A stretch of 64,000 nucleotides of DNA. It comes from an uncultured delta proteobacterium. GTDB lineage: Bacteria > Desulfobacterota > Binatia > UBA9968. The stretch's first letter is position 1, and each line of letters starts with the position of its first letter. Where the stretch lies: positions 116,040-180,039 of the forward strand of contig CAVWLW010000001.1 of the NCBI GenBank assembly GCA_963755715.1, written 5' to 3'. Of the stretch, positions 48,737-60,236 are shown piece by piece. The notes under the pieces were generated by a model that was not told the DNA's origin, did not search any database, and was given only the letters and a program-made list of their open reading frames with translations. The translations under genes and the position numbers were made by a program.

Positions 48737-51164
48737 ATGGCCTTGCTAGACAGAGCTCGTAGACTCGCAGACCTTCTCCCATTTGTGGGCAACGCCCGCC
48801 CACCGGGCACACGTGCACAGCCTGAGTGTGTTGTGTTAGGCGTACGGGAGGGTGTACCCCCGAGTCCAAAACCGCCGGTCCGTATCTTTCTCGGTAGCGA
48901 ACCCGCCCAGTATCGCGCCGAGCGGGTCTTCTTCTGGTCGATCGAACAGGTCCGCGACCCAGGTCGGATCTATGAGATCCATCTCATGAAAGAGTTGGTC
49001 GGATTCGACCGACGAGGGTGGCTCACGGGCTTCACCAATTATCGGTTCGCCATTCCCCATTTTGCCGCGGGTTCCGGGAAAGCCATCTATAACGATGTTG
49101 ACCAAGTGTATCTTGGCGACCCGGGAGAATTATTTGATGTTGATCTTGGAGAGCATGGTTTTTTGGCGCTCTCCGATCGAGATACAGCAGTCACGTTGAT
49201 CGATTGTGCCCGGATGGCTTCTGTATGGACTCTAGGGGAAGCCCAACGCCAGCACAGAAGCTTCATGGAGGCGAAGGCACGGACAATACCTGGCTTGTGT
49301 GGACGACTCGACCCAGTGTGGCACGCACGTGATACAGAATATGTCCCTCATCACTCGAAGCTCTTGCATTACACCGCCATCCATATGCAACCCTGGCAAC
49401 CAACGCCGCACCGTTATGCTTACCAGCACAACCCCGTCGGCCAGGTATGGCTTGCCCTGGAGCGTGCTGCAGATGCCGCCGCGTATCAAGTCTTCACTGC
49501 CGCGCACCCAAGCCAACAGTACAAAATGTTATGCACGCAGATCCGTCAGGCCTGCGAATCCACGTATACGCCAGAGGAACTCCCAGCCAAGGAGCATCTG
49601 TCGCCGCCTGAGCAGCAAACCGTTTCCTGGTATGACCTTGTTTTGCTCTCGGAGACAGGCCGTTCCAAGAAACCGATTACCGACGTCGTCTCCACCGAGG
49701 TCTTAGATTATTTGCCAGACGAGGATGTACCGTGGGTGCTTGATGAGTTGTTCCGCTCTGCGCGCCGCAAGGTGGCGGTAACCGTCACAACGGCTACAAG
49801 GGCGAGCGTGTTAGGTCACGGAATACACGTGTCTCATCGCCCGCGTCCCGAGTCCTGGTGGGTGGCACAGCTTGAAGCTGCGAGTTGCCGTTACCCAGAG
49901 AGACACTGGCAGCTAATCGTGCATACGCGCAATGCCTGGGGGCGACAAGTCACTCAGTCATGCGAAGGAGGCCGTCGCTTTAACAGCAATCCCACTGTGT
50001 GGGTACTGACTGACGATCACCCAGGAAACACCACACAATCTCTCGGCCTCGCAAAAGCCTTGGGTTGGCCATACGAAGTGAAAGCACTGCGTTTCACCTC
50101 GCTTGTTCATCTTCACGACGTGCTGTTGGGAATGTTTGGCGCAACGCGCCTTGGTCTGCAACGAACGCAGTCGGCTGTACTCACTCGACCCTGGCCTGAC
50201 CTGGTTATTACCACCGGCTGGCGTACCGCCCACATCGCACGTTGGATCAAAAAACAAAGCCACGGTCATACCCGGCTTGTGCAAATGGGGCGCAAAGGCA
50301 CTCATGTCGCGCACCTTTACGATCTTGCGATTAGTTGCCGGTACTTTCGCTTGCCGCCTCATTCTCGGCGGATTGAAACGCTCGTCCCACTTACTGCAGT
50401 CTCTTCAGAACAACTCAGGCAGGCTGCCGAGCGCTGGCAAAACTTATTCGCGAATACGCCACGCCCGCGTATTGCTCTGTTGGTTGGCGGAACATCGTAT
50501 GCTTGCCGTTTCGATGAGGAAACGGCGTATCGTCTGGGTGTAGAGGTACGCAGCTTCGCCGAGGCTATGGGAGGCACGGTCTTTGCCACCACGAGCCGCC
50601 GCACTGGACCACAAGCCACGGTGGCGTTGAAGAAAGGACTTGGCCATTGTTGTTATCTGCACGAGTGGCAACCGGACCAGTCAGAGAATCCCTATCTCGC
50701 GTATCTGGCGTTAGCAGACATCCTGATTGTGACAGGGGAGAGTGAATCGATGCTAGCGGAAGCGGCAGCCACTGGGAAACCAGTCTATATTTACCCCCTT
50801 CCCAAACAACAACTCGATCTGTGGACCCAACTGAAAGAATGGATCGTGGCTCGCGGTGAGAAACAGCGCTTGGGACATCGGGGGACTATAAAGCCTCAAA
50901 GGGGTTTGCAATATCTGTGCGCGCGACTTGTCGAACGAGGGATCATCCTGCCACAACCAGATTTACACATCCTGCATGAGACACTGGTGGGAAGCGGAAT
51001 CGCCCAGTTCTTCGGCTCTAGCCTGAGCCCAACTAGCAGTGCCGGCGTTGCGAGAAGTCGATGATATTGCCCGGCGCGTGCGAATGCTCATGGGAATGGC
51101 TCCAGAAGCGAGCGTGGTAACGCGGACTGAGAGAATAGTCAAAGCTGCAAATGCAGGGAGATAA
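48737..51164 (+). CDS. GT8/CDI-like glycosyltransferase, methyltransferase-like remnant and ELM1/GtrOC1 domain fusion; probable terminal frameshift near 51050
   Basis: RIFLG, TGFTNYRFAIP, AIYNDVDQ, LLHYT..QPW; DVVSTEVLDYLP; G.TTQSLGLA, WPDL, TTSRRT, NPYLAYL..AD..VTGES.SM. Confidence 0.8.
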
Positions 51165-51378
51165 GGAGTAGATGGCGTACGTCGCTTTTTCGGTGAGCCC
51201 AGGGGGCTATAAGCGAGAACGGCAGGAGTTCTGCCACAGCGCGAATGGGCGCTCTGTCGCTACGACACCAGCCATCGCTATGTTGACGGTACCAAAGGTT
51301 TGGTTCTTACTAGGAGACAAGGCTGATGGCTGACATGAGCGCGGTCACGCGCATTCGTCGGCTCTGCGGTGGTCAGCG

Positions 51379-52544
51379 AGTGTCTCTGAATTAATGGAAT
51401 TTATCCTTCGTCTAAGTGTTAATAAGTTTGAGGAGGAGAGTTCCATGCGAGTAGCGCAACCGATTGAACTTACGGAAAGTGAAATCAAGACGTTGAGCAG
51501 TTGGTCTCGCGGGCGTCGAACGCCGACGCGCTTGATGAAGCGAGCCAAGATCATCTTGATGACGGCAGAGGGAGAACAAAACAAAACCATTGCGGGATTT
51601 TGGGAATTGACCCGCGCCAAGTGGCGCGATGGCGCCAGCGGTTTGTTCACAAGCGATTGGCGGGAATCGAGAAAGATCTTCCCCGGGGTGGCCGAAAGGC
51701 GACCAAGCGAGAACAGATGGCCCCTGTGATTATTGAGAGAACCACCCAAACCAAGCCTTCTCACGCCACGCACTGGAGCGTACGGACGTTGGCCGATACG
51801 CTGGGCATCGACAAATCGATGGTCCAACGGGTGTGGCACGCCAGCGGACTCAAGCCCCGCATTTGGCCAAGACGTTCAAAGTGAGCCGGGACAAAAAGTT
51901 TGTTGAAAAAGTCATCGATGTGGTGGGCTTGTACCTCAACCCTCCCGAACACGCGCTGGTGTTGTGCGCCGATGAGAAAACATCGGTTCAAGCGTTGGAC
52001 CGAACCCAACCCGGATTGCCCTTGGTCAAGGGACGATTGGGAACCATGACCCACGACTACAAACGCAACGGGACCACGACCCTGTTCGCTGCTCTGGAGA
52101 TGACCGAAGGGAGCATCATTGGGACCTGCATGGATCGTCACCGCCATCAGGAGTGGATCAAGTTTTTGAAACTGATTGATCACCAAACCCCGCCAGAGTT
52201 GGACTTACATTTGATCGTGGACAATTACTCTACCCACAAGCATCCCAAGGTCAAAGCGTGGCTTAAACGCCATCCCCGATTCCATCTGCATTTTGTGCCG
52301 ACTTCGAGCTCCTGGCTCAACATGGTCGAGCGTTGGTTTCGCGATCTCACGGACAAACAAATTCGACGCGGGGTTTTTAAGTCGGTCGCTGATTTGATCG
52401 CAGCGATCCAAGGTTATATTGAGCATCACAACCAAAATCCCAAACCCTTTGTTTGGACCGCCAAAGCCGAGGACATCATCGCTAAGTATCGTCGCGCTAA
52501 GGCCGTCTTGGATAAACTACAAACAGCGTGAGACACTACACTAG
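51379..52544 (+). mobile_element. IS630-family insertion sequence (transposase 51445..52531, two frameshifts)
   Basis: THWS.R, VLCADEK, DYKRNGT, DNYSTHK, SSWLN.VE; right end GAGACACTACACTAG, left end AGTGTCTC. Confidence 0.9.
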
Positions 52545-52700
52545 CCACTCTCTTTATCCAATTAGCCTTTAGTTTAGCCGACAACTTTGCTCTGGCTGCC
52601 GTGCACATTGTCTTTTTCTTTTGCCGATTTGATCGAAAGCGCCGCCTGTTTAGCTTGCCTAAACTTCGCCCATGTCGCCTTGTGAGTGGCAGCAATCATC
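52545..52700 (-). pseudogene. remnant of a basic Ala/Lys-rich repeat protein
   Basis: MIAATHKATWAKFRQAK and, after a frameshift, KKKTMCTAARAKLSAKLKANWIKR; abuts the IS630 end. Confidence 0.5.
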
Positions 52701-54170
52701 TTTTCACAAAAGTGGAAAGCCATACATGTCCACTATGCGTCAAAGATGGCTCCTGTATTCTTAAAAATACCACACTATTTGTCAAAATTGTCATTGTAAT
52801 GTCAATATTAGCTAAAATGACAGCGAATTTAACTGAACTTATAATAAAATTGCGTTCTTTTCCTATTACTGCTATAAAGGCACCTGGTTTGCGTCGTGAC
52901 ATATCTAAAACCTTGCGCAAAATAATAGCGAAACCCAGGTGGCCGCGAAGAAGCGGGACAGGGCCTCTAAAATAGTTGGTCTGTGGCCTGACACTTTATT
53001 CCCGGCGCACGATGGCGCAATCAAAAGGAGAGAGGTGGAATGGACCGATGGCTAAACGGTGCGCCGGCATTGGCATACGTCAAAGAACTAGGAATTTGGG
53101 TCGTACTGAACAATAACGGCAAGATAATGGTGTGGACAGCCGACGCAGCGGAAGTCGACTGGTTATCGCTCTGGCTGTTGGAGTACAAGAAAAAGGCGGA
53201 CTTGAAGATCACGTCGAATGCCGGTGGTCGCAAGCTAAGTCGTGTTTCTATACGTCGAAGAAAGCCGCAACAGCAATGGAATCACATCGATTCAGGAAGC
53301 AAAAATTCGGATAGGCACAATGATGTTCGGAAAGAAAATTCAAACCAGACAATACCAGTGATAAGATCCTCGTCGGAAAAGATGATCGCTCTTTTGCGAA
53401 CTCCAGTCGGGGGTTGGAGGCTTGCGGGCCCACGCCGACGCGGTCGTTAGACCTAAGCAACTCACAAATTTCTGGTGAGTAGCTTATACACGGCTTTTAA
53501 ATCGCAGAGCCCATAAGATCGTTATTCTGAATCTCGAAGCGGCTCGCATTTACCCGGCCTGTTTTCCGACTGGCACAGTACGGTGCCCAACGTTCTCCCC
53601 GAACGGTCCAGTCACAACGAGACTGTCCGTCATCGCGACAAACCCCCGCACGACGGCGTGGGCATCTCCCGATTACATTCAGCGACTCGGTTGTGGAATG
53701 TGCGTGAGTCTTCCGCAGCAATCACACTGATCTCTCAAGCGATCTCATCTGGGCGCGGTTGCGCCGAGTCGCTCGCAGATATCGCAATGCTCCGTTTCCA
53801 CTTCCGACGGCGGTATATGAACTACCCATTCTAAGTCAAAGAAAAGGCCTTCTGCTGCTAGAAAATTGGCGGACACGCAAAGTACCAACAGCAATCCGAT
53901 AATACTGACGATTGCTTTCAAAGCCTTAGACTTCATCTGTTGCCTCTTCTACAGCGGCTAAACTTCCTCTTAGGCAATCACGCAACATTTCCTCATTAGC
54001 GGCTAAAACTGCCCAGTTGACGTGCAGAAACTTTTCCAAATTTCCTAATTCGCGGTTGATTTTGCAATACGCGGACACGGTATATGCCTTGCGTCAGTTT
54101 GACTCGCTTGCAACAAAATTAGAGCTAGTAAACCAAGAGCAAACCGCGAAGAGGAAATCACAGTACAACT

Positions 54171-55071
54171 ATGAAAATAAATAGCTTTGTCGCATTCACG
54201 GCTTTGACATTAGTTCTACTTTCACCACTCCCAGCGCAAACCGAGCCTGGGCCAATCGGCGAAACACGAACTCAGGAATTAGTCGATCAATTGAAGGACG
54301 TGATCCGCGGTGCAGAACAGCAGCGTGGGTCAAACCAACCGCTCGTCAGACAACTCCGTGATCTGGTGCGCCGTTATGATTGGCCATGGCGAGCATCACT
54401 TCTTTACGATGATTTTCGTGATGGTGACTATACACACAATCCACGCTGGGTTGTTAATCAGGGAGAATTTTGGGTGACGCGAGGAACAGGACTCAGATCT
54501 AACTTTGATCCTGCAGCGTACAAAACGCGCCGCACATCCGATCGGAGAAGCGACGGTTCCGCGTTGGATATTTTGGGTGAGATATTACTGGGTGGTCGAG
54601 AGCGAGACATGAAGTCCGACTCAAGCGAGCCTGAAGTCGGAAATCGAAATTTTTACGCGGGTTGGAATCAGCAACGCCTTTGCCGTTAAGGTTCAGCTGA
54701 ATCTAAGAAATTACACAGACCGCAATAACAGGATGGAGTTTGGTCCATTTCAAGGTGAGGATCGCAGCTCGGGATACCGGATCGCTTATGAATCTAGGAA
54801 GAATCCGAGCTCTATCGCTGCTACGCTTTGGACCCAACCGTTCGGGAATCATTGAAACAGATGATCGGGTAATCGGCCTAGAAGACGGAAATACACACAC
54901 CATTGAGTGGCGCAGAGGCAACGACGGCGAAATGGTCGTGCTATTAGACGACAAAGAAGTCATCCGAACGGTTGATCGAGCCTACGATGAGCCTTCGATG
55001 GGTTCAACATCGTCAATAAAGGTGGAGACTTTGAAATAAAGCAAGTGTCTATCTTTGGCGCGCAGCGATAA
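54171..55071 (+). CDS. exported hypothetical beta-rich protein split by about 3 frameshifts
   Basis: signal peptide; DDFRDGDYTHNPRWVV..G; continues in ORF 54740..55039; ends GGDFEIKQVSIFGAQR*. Confidence 0.6.
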
Positions 55072-55137
55072 TTTTTAGAATTTCTCGCTCGAGTTAATAA
55101 AAGTCTTTCAGGTAGCCTCAATGAAAGGAGATACATT

Positions 55138-55480
55138 ATGAACGGCAGAAAAACATGACAATCGTCCTGTTCGCAATTTTTCTTAGCGCAGCAACGTCGG
55201 GCTGCTCCGCGGGCATTGTCAACTAGGGAAAAGGGAGCAGGTATCGGGGCACTCGGCGGCGCTGCGGCTGGAGGCCTGATCGGTACTGCGGTTGGCCGTC
55301 CCGGCCATTGGGGCAGCAATTGGCGGTGCGCTGGGGTTGGGTGCCGGAGCCCTCATCGGCGACCAACTCCAAGGACAACAACAAACACAATATCAACAGC
55401 AGCAGCAGATAGATCAGAATCAGGCCGAAATTCAACGCCAACGCCAACAGATAGACCAGCTAAGACGACGGCAGGAATAA
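55138..55480 (+). CDS. glycine-zipper lipoprotein (frameshifted)
   Basis: SGC lipobox, TREKGAGIGALGGAAAGGLIG, GAAIGGALGLGAGALIGDQ, Q-rich tail. Confidence 0.75.
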
Positions 55481-55889
55481 TAGACCTCTACTCTCAGCGG
55501 AAAGTGAAGCTCAATGACAGAGAATTTGGGATCCTCCCGCGCAGCCGATGACTGGAAATGTTGCTTCCGGTACACTTGATTTCGAGATCGCCGAAGCTGG
55601 TTCTATGATCATCAACTGGAGGAACCCAACAGAAACTCTATATCTCTCCCTGTCTACAATTGCTGGTGTCTGTCGATGGAACCAGCACAGAAATAGCACA
55701 CCTCTAGAGCCGCTGATTAAAGAGTCTTGATTGACTGCACACCAGGACAGAACATCAACAAGAACTCCAATCTTTTCAAGGTGCGCTTGCTTTGTGTAAG
55801 AGGTGTTATGTTCTGCCCAGGTTCAGGCACAAACCAAGCAGCCGCGCGTGCGTGACGTGAAACTCGCGATCTCGTTTTACATTAGCAAC

Positions 55890-56175
55890 TATTACCGGGC
55901 CCCAACTGGCGCATAGAGTCCATCCGGCCGCTCCTTGCTCAGCGCAGCAAGAACTTCCTCGAAAGCCACCTACGTGGACAAAATCCTCAGGGCGACAGTA
56001 ACCGGCTCTTTAACGCAAAGCCCGCGATGCGCTTCAGGTTAGCATTAATTAACTGGCCGCCGCCGGTTACATAGAGTCCATCCGGGCGCTGTTTGTTTAA
56101 TTCAGCGAACACTCTGTCGAAATCGTCCGCATCTCGTACCTCCCAAGTTCGAACAGTCAACTGCAGCGCCTGGAA
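55890..56175 (-). pseudogene. two tandem fragments of ABC-transporter substrate-binding proteins
   Basis: WEVRDADDFDRVFAELNKQRPDGLYV...NLKRIAGFALKSRL and AFEEVLAALSKERPDGLY. Confidence 0.65.
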
Positions 56176-56340
56176 GCCGAGAAAAGCGTTATTTACGGCA
56201 GAAGGAGAACCAGATTCGTTGAGGAGAAAAACGGCTAATTTTCACTTAGGATTGAATTGAACGAATAGGTTTTAACTCGAATGCGAGCACAGAACGATCG
56301 GTGATAACAGTGAAGATCGGGCGCATTCGGGTTAAAGCCC

Positions 56341-57708
56341 GTTGGACTAAAGCGTTGGGAGAGGCAGAAAGCGTTGCCTATGGGGAATGGAACGGCAACA
56401 TCGAGGCGATCTGACCATTTTGAACGGGGGATTGTCGGATGATCGAGGAGTGTTTACAGAAATTGGTTTCGGCAAGTAGACAGCCAAATACCACTGAGCA
56501 TGGGCTAAAAGCAGGCAAAATGATACCACCGGACACAGCTCTGCGTTGGCTCTGGCACAGAGCAGGGGAAAGACCGTCGCATTGATTGATAGATCCGTTC
56601 TCACGATGAATCCCACGGCAGGGACACTGCCAGTTCGCAAACCCACACCAGAGTTCCGTTCTGGCAAAGCGGGCAGCGCTGGATATCGATGCCGGTCAAG
56701 GCCAGCATCAACTCCTCGATGGAGCGTTGGGGAGATGGAGGCGGTGCGGGCGTGAGGCCTATGAGTTGACGACACTTCGACAGAGCATCTTTGCAGTGGT
56801 TGGCTAAAAAGCCGTAGTGACGCACCCGCATGAAACCTTTGGGGATGACGTGGAGTAAAAAGCGGCGGATGAACTCCTCGGCACCGAGCGTCATCAGTTT
56901 GCGCCGATCTTGGTTTTTTCGATCGCGGTAAGCGAAGGTGACTTCTCCGTTAGAGCTGGAAACAATCCGATCATTGGAGAGCGCCACACGGTGGGTGTAA
57001 CGACCGAGGTAGTCCAGCACATGGGCGGCAGAGCCGAACGGTTTTTTGGCATAGACGACCCACGGTTTTTTTCGCAATCCTTTCAGCAACACGTTAAAGC
57101 TTTGAGCATCGGCTAAGTGTGCGATGTGTCCGAGCAAGAGCAACTTGTTCTGATCGAAGCTCTTTTTGAGCGAGTCGAGGAACTTAGCGCGGAAGACCAG
57201 GCTCAGGGCTTTAACCGGGAAGAGAAAGTCTTGACGGGCTGAGACCCAGCGGTTTCGATCAAAAGACAGAGCGCCGGCGGGAACCAGACAATGCAGATGA
57301 AAATGATCCAACAGGGTCTGATCCCAGGTGTGCAGAACCGCAGTGATCCCCAGTATCCCGCCCAAACGACGCTGAGCAAATTGGGCTAAGGTCTGCCAGA
57401 CCGATTGAAACAAAATATGGATCAGGGCTTTCTTATTGATGAGGATCAGGGGGTTGAGCTCGTGGGGCAAGGTAAAAACTAGATGAAAATATCCGCTCGG
57501 CAACAGTTCTGATTTTTGTTTGTCGAGCCATTTTACCTTGGCCAAAGATTGGCATTTAGGGCAGTGCCGATTGCGGCAGGAGTTGTAGGCCGGCCGCTCA
57601 AAGCCACAGGAGTCACACTGCTGGAGATGCCCACCGAGAGCCGCAGTGCGACAGCGCTCCACGGCCTCGATGACTTTGAGATGGGAAACCGGCAACCGAT
57701 GGTTGCGG
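56341..57708 (-). mobile_element. IS91-family element, transposase (56601..~57708) lacking its N-terminus
   Basis: [34 protein letters not shown]...HFHLHC, YLGRYTHR, RHYG; element end ...TTAGTCCAAC. Confidence 0.92.
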
Positions 57709-57709
57709 T

Positions 57710-58119
57710 CTCGACTTTTACTGCAACAAGCTCGGCCTCAAGGAGGTGCGCCGCCGGGTGGACGACAAGAACCGCTACACGCTCGTGTTCCTGGCCGCGC
57801 CCGAAGACGAGACGCTGGTCGAGAAAGAGCAAGCGCAACGGCCGCGACGCTCCGCTGGTCGAGCTCACCTATAACTGGGACACCGAGGACTACGGCGAGG
57901 CGCGCTATTTCGGCCACCTCGCCTACGAGGTCGACGATATTTATGCGGCCTGCGACCAGCTGATGAAGGCCGGCGTGACCATCAACCGGCCGCCGCGCGA
58001 CGGCGTACATGGCGTTCGTACGCTCGCCCGACAAGCACTCGATCGAGCTGCTGCAGAAGGGCGCGCCGCTGCCGCCCAAGGAGCCGTGGGCGTCGATGCC
58101 GAATACCGGGAAGTGGTGA
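57710..58119 (+). pseudogene. gloA: lactoylglutathione lyase (glyoxalase I), 5'-truncated, one frameshift
   Basis: [76 protein letters not shown]. Confidence 0.88.
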
Positions 58120-58198
58120 GGCGCATGCCCGGTCTCGTTGCGCCGCCGCTTGCTTGCCGGTTCGTGGAAAACGGCTCTATATGTCGCGCGCGCCTCAC

Positions 58199-58274
58199 GC
58201 GCCCTTCGTCTAGCGGTCTAGGACGCCGCCCTTTCACGGCGGAAACACGGGTTCGATTCCCGTAGGGCGCGCCA
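58199..58274 (+). tRNA. tRNA-Glu(TTC)
   Basis: GCGCCCT/AGGGCGC acceptor stem, CCGCC-CTTTCAC-GGCGG anticodon arm, GGTTCGATTCC, CCA. Confidence 0.97.
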
Positions 58275-58309
58275 ATGATTTCAATGAGTTAGGCAACACG
58301 GCTCGGGCG

Positions 58310-58331
58310 TACGGCAAATATACGGCAAATA
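58310..58331. repeat. 11-bp tandem repeat downstream of tRNA-Glu (integrase arm-site-like)
   Basis: TACGGCAAATA x2. Confidence 0.7.
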
Positions 58332-58487
58332 GAAAGCCGCCTATTGGCCCTCGCTCCTGCCCGCTGTCAGGCAGCGGCCCGGCCGGGTGCCGCTTCATTC
58401 GATCACCTCGTCGGCGAGCGCAAGCAATGTTCCGCGGCACTTCGAGGCCGGATGCGTTCGCATCCTGGTCCGGTGCGGATGGTCTCG

Positions 58488-59405
58488 CTATTTCTTTGCC
58501 GTGATCATCCTGTAGGCCGCCTCGATGTTGGTGGGCATGCGATCCTGGCTGGCCCAGTTCGCGTATTCCGGCATCTTGACGTCTTTCTTGATGTCGTCGA
58601 GTGACTTGCCCTCTTTCACCTTTTCGGCGACTCGCTCGACGAGGAGCGCATAATACTTTTCGCCGTCGTCGAACAGCTTGGTTGTGGTCGGAGGGCCATG
58701 GCCGGGAATCACGTGATCCGGGTTTAACGCCTTCATCATCTTCCCGGCGGCCAGGATGTCGGAGATATTGACGAATGGACGAAAGATGTTGACCTGCTCG
58801 GACACGAACGCCGATGCCGAGAACAGCACGCGCTCCTTCGGCAGCCAGATGGCAGTGTCGGCTTCGCTGTGAACGCCTTTCATGTACCGCAGTTCGAGGG
58901 TCCGCTCGCCGACATACAATGTCATCTTGTCGCTGTACTCGACCTGCGGTGGGATGAACTTGTAGCCTTCCAGCGCCGCCTTCATTTCCGGCGACGTGGA
59001 CGCGAGCTTTTCAATCCGATCCGGCGTCTGGCGTTCGCGGTTTCGCATCGACTCACCGGCGCCGGCCGCGGCGATGATGGTCGCGGTCGATGCGAAGACG
59101 AAATGACCGGTCGTATGATCGGGATGCGGTTCCGTGTCGATGAGAAAGCGCACCGGCATCGGGGTGAGCTTCTTGACGGCCTCCATGACCGCGCGTGAAT
59201 CGGTCGGCTCATGCCCGCTATCGATCAGCACCACCCCGTCCTGCGTGAGAATAATGCCGGTGTTGGATTTGAAGTTCTTTCCGACATAGGCGTAAATGCC
59301 GTCGCCGAACTTCATGAACTGTGGCCCGAGATCCTGCGCACCTGCGGGCGCGCCCCCGACACACCCCACAACCGTAATCCATGCTGCCGCGACTTTGATC
59401 CTCAT
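58488..59405 (-). CDS. exported MBL-fold protein (cyclase-like) with altered metal motif
   Basis: signal peptide; VLIDSG, TEPHPDH, VHSEAD, IPGHG. Confidence 0.85.
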   Translation of the reverse strand: MRIKVAAAWITVVGCVGGAPAGAQDLGPQFMKFGDGIYAYVGKNFKSNTGIILTQDGVVLIDSGHEPTDSRAVMEAVKKLTPMPVRFLIDTEPHPDHTTGHFVFASTATIIAAAGAGESMRNRERQTPDRIEKLASTSPEMKAALEGYKFIPPQVEYSDKMTLYVGERTLELRYMKGVHSEADTAIWLPKERVLFSASAFVSEQVNIFRPFVNISDILAAGKMMKALNPDHVIPGHGPPTTTKLFDDGEKYYALLVERVAEKVKEGKSLDDIKKDVKMPEYANWASQDRMPTNIEAAYRMITAKK

Positions 59406-59739
59406 GAAGGTTCTCCTGACAAACGGCATTCTGCGACGCAACGCCCGAGCTTAGCCGGGATCCCAAAGAAGTCCCACCTCCGAAATGGATCAAACCGGCT
59501 GGCTGGACCTTCGTGAGGCGTGACACCAACGTCGAACCACTCTTTATTTCGAACCAAGTCTCTGGCATCAAAGCGCTGGATATTGACAATTCGCGACCAG
59601 AGACTGGCGCGAAAATTGAGTTTTCCCGGCGAAGGTCCGAGAGGAACCGCCACCCAAGATGCCACCGAGTGTGCCGGAAGCACGCTGCCGATGCGTAGCC
59701 GCTAACGCGACCTTGGCCCTAATTTAAATTCAGCCTGTG

Positions 59740-59755
59740 TGTGAAGTGCTTCACA
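59740..59755. promoter_or_regulatory. perfect CRP-type box
   Basis: TGTGA-AGTGCT-TCACA about 60 nt upstream of the small exported ORF. Confidence 0.6.
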
Positions 59756-59817
59756 CTGGATCGGCGGCAGCAATGCCAATGCCGTGCGCAGTTCATCGTC
59801 CACAAAGGAGATGACAA

Positions 59818-60018
59818 ATGCGCAATCGCATTATTCTGGCCGCAATAGCCGTGGTAGTCGGTGTAACCGCCGTCGCCGCTATCGCAAGCGCGTGGTCCAT
59901 GTCCAGGAAAACTGCGGGCACGGGCGCTACCGATGCGTCAACCTCGATTTCACCCCACGACGTCACAGTCAAGCAGGGCAACGTCCTGCCGGTCGAGTAC
60001 TGGGCTCATCCGTTCTGA
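59818..60018 (+). CDS. small exported hypothetical protein
   Basis: AAGGAG RBS, hydrophobic N-terminus, ends LPVEYWAHPF. Confidence 0.65.
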   Translation: MRNRIILAAIAVVVGVTAVAAIASAWSMSRKTAGTGATDASTSISPHDVTVKQGNVLPVEYWAHPF

Positions 60019-60160
60019 CATTCATCGCGTGGCTAGCTAGGTCTCTAGTGCGCCCATCTGCCGGTGAGAGCGTGGCAGTGAGGCTAGGGCATCAACTCAG
60101 CATCGAGTTGATGGACGCCGCCGAGAACGGCTGCCCGCGATCGTTGAGATGGCCGCGCTG

Positions 60161-60236
60161 CGAGCACCTGAAACATCATCTTGCCCGCAGGGGTCGTGGT
60201 ATCGAGCCCCTGCTGATGCAGGAACAGATCGATCTT
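60161..60236 (-). pseudogene. serine recombinase (resolvase) fragment
   Basis: IDLFLHQQGLDTTTPAGKMMFQVL. Confidence 0.7.

Noticed and set aside
53430-53460. GTTAGAC as an integron attC core site (also GTTAGGT near 41270)
   Set aside because: No matching inverse core site or hairpin, and no IntI-type integrase.
53040-53940. Short ORFs in the AT-richer island interior
   Set aside because: No recognisable motifs; probably decayed fragments.
59768-59784. Sigma-54-like CGGCATTGGCATTGC on the minus strand
   Set aside because: It lies about 360 nt from the nearest same-strand start and may arise from a short CAATGC repeat.
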